Origin: Octopus bimaculoides
Lineage: Eukaryota
Direction: 5' to 3'
NCBI RefSeq assembly: GCF_001194135.2
Contig: NC_068984.1
Coordinates: 104,688,522 to 104,752,521, forward strand
Length of the DNA stretch: 64,000 bases
Shown in pieces: positions 63,737 through 64,000 of the stretch; within the stretch, counting starts at the first letter, position 1; each line of letters starts with the position of its first letter. The notes beneath the pieces are model-generated. The model saw nothing but the letters and a program-made list of their open reading frames with translations. It did not search any database and was not told the DNA's origin. Made by a program: the position numbers and the translations under genes.

Positions 63737-64000
63737 GGCATTTTCCAGGGTGACTCAGTATCACCACTCCTCTTCTGTCTAGCCCTAATACCGCTCTCAA
63801 AATTGCTCAATGATGCACAGTATGGTTATAAAATATTTGATAAAAATATAAATCATCTCATTTACATGGATGATTTAAAGCTCTTTGCAAAAAATGACCA
63901 ACAACTCAAAGGCCTACTAGCGATTGTTAAACAATTCAGTGATGACATCAGGATGCAATTTGGCCTTGATAAATGTGCAAAAGCTACCTTTATCAAAGGA
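63737..64000 (+). mobile_element. R4/Dong-type LINE reverse transcriptase, open frame running off the window
   Basis: 88 uninterrupted codons GIFQGDSVSPLLFCLALIPLS...NHLIYMDDLKLFAK...MQFGLDKCAK; 5'-truncated next to (AAT)n(AAG)n. Confidence 0.92.

Overview
AT-rich, repeat-dense eukaryotic draft-assembly DNA with four N-gaps and abundant (TA)n/(CA)n/(AAT)n/(GAT)n microsatellites. The SINE, RTE, R4-type and Penelope repeat repertoire is what I associate with an octopus (cephalopod) genome; this is an inference. Most ORFs in the track are microsatellite, gap or transposon artefacts. Supported content: (1) many tRNA-derived SINEs, three with clear target-site duplications; (2) RTE, R4/Dong-type, CR1-like and Penelope-like retroelement remnants, three Penelope-type tails ending in degenerate hammerhead-ribozyme-like motifs; (3) a structurally complete but decayed Ty3/Gypsy provirus (35522-40481; both LTRs, PBS, PPT, 5-bp TSD) inserted in an R4 LINE and itself hit by two younger insertions, plus two partial relatives; (4) two convergent DD37D/maT-type mariner remnants, a long fold-back element and a TTAA MITE; (5) host-gene signals: one clean minus-strand ankyrin-repeat exon (55232-55360), a phase-compatible minus-strand exon chain at 19.5-22.3 kb that looks like a decaying asteroid/ASTE1-like gene (tentative, compared from memory), and a few weaker plus-strand exon candidates. 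No CRISPR array, rRNA or bona fide tRNA gene was found. Repeat boundaries are approximate unless a TSD or TIR is quoted.
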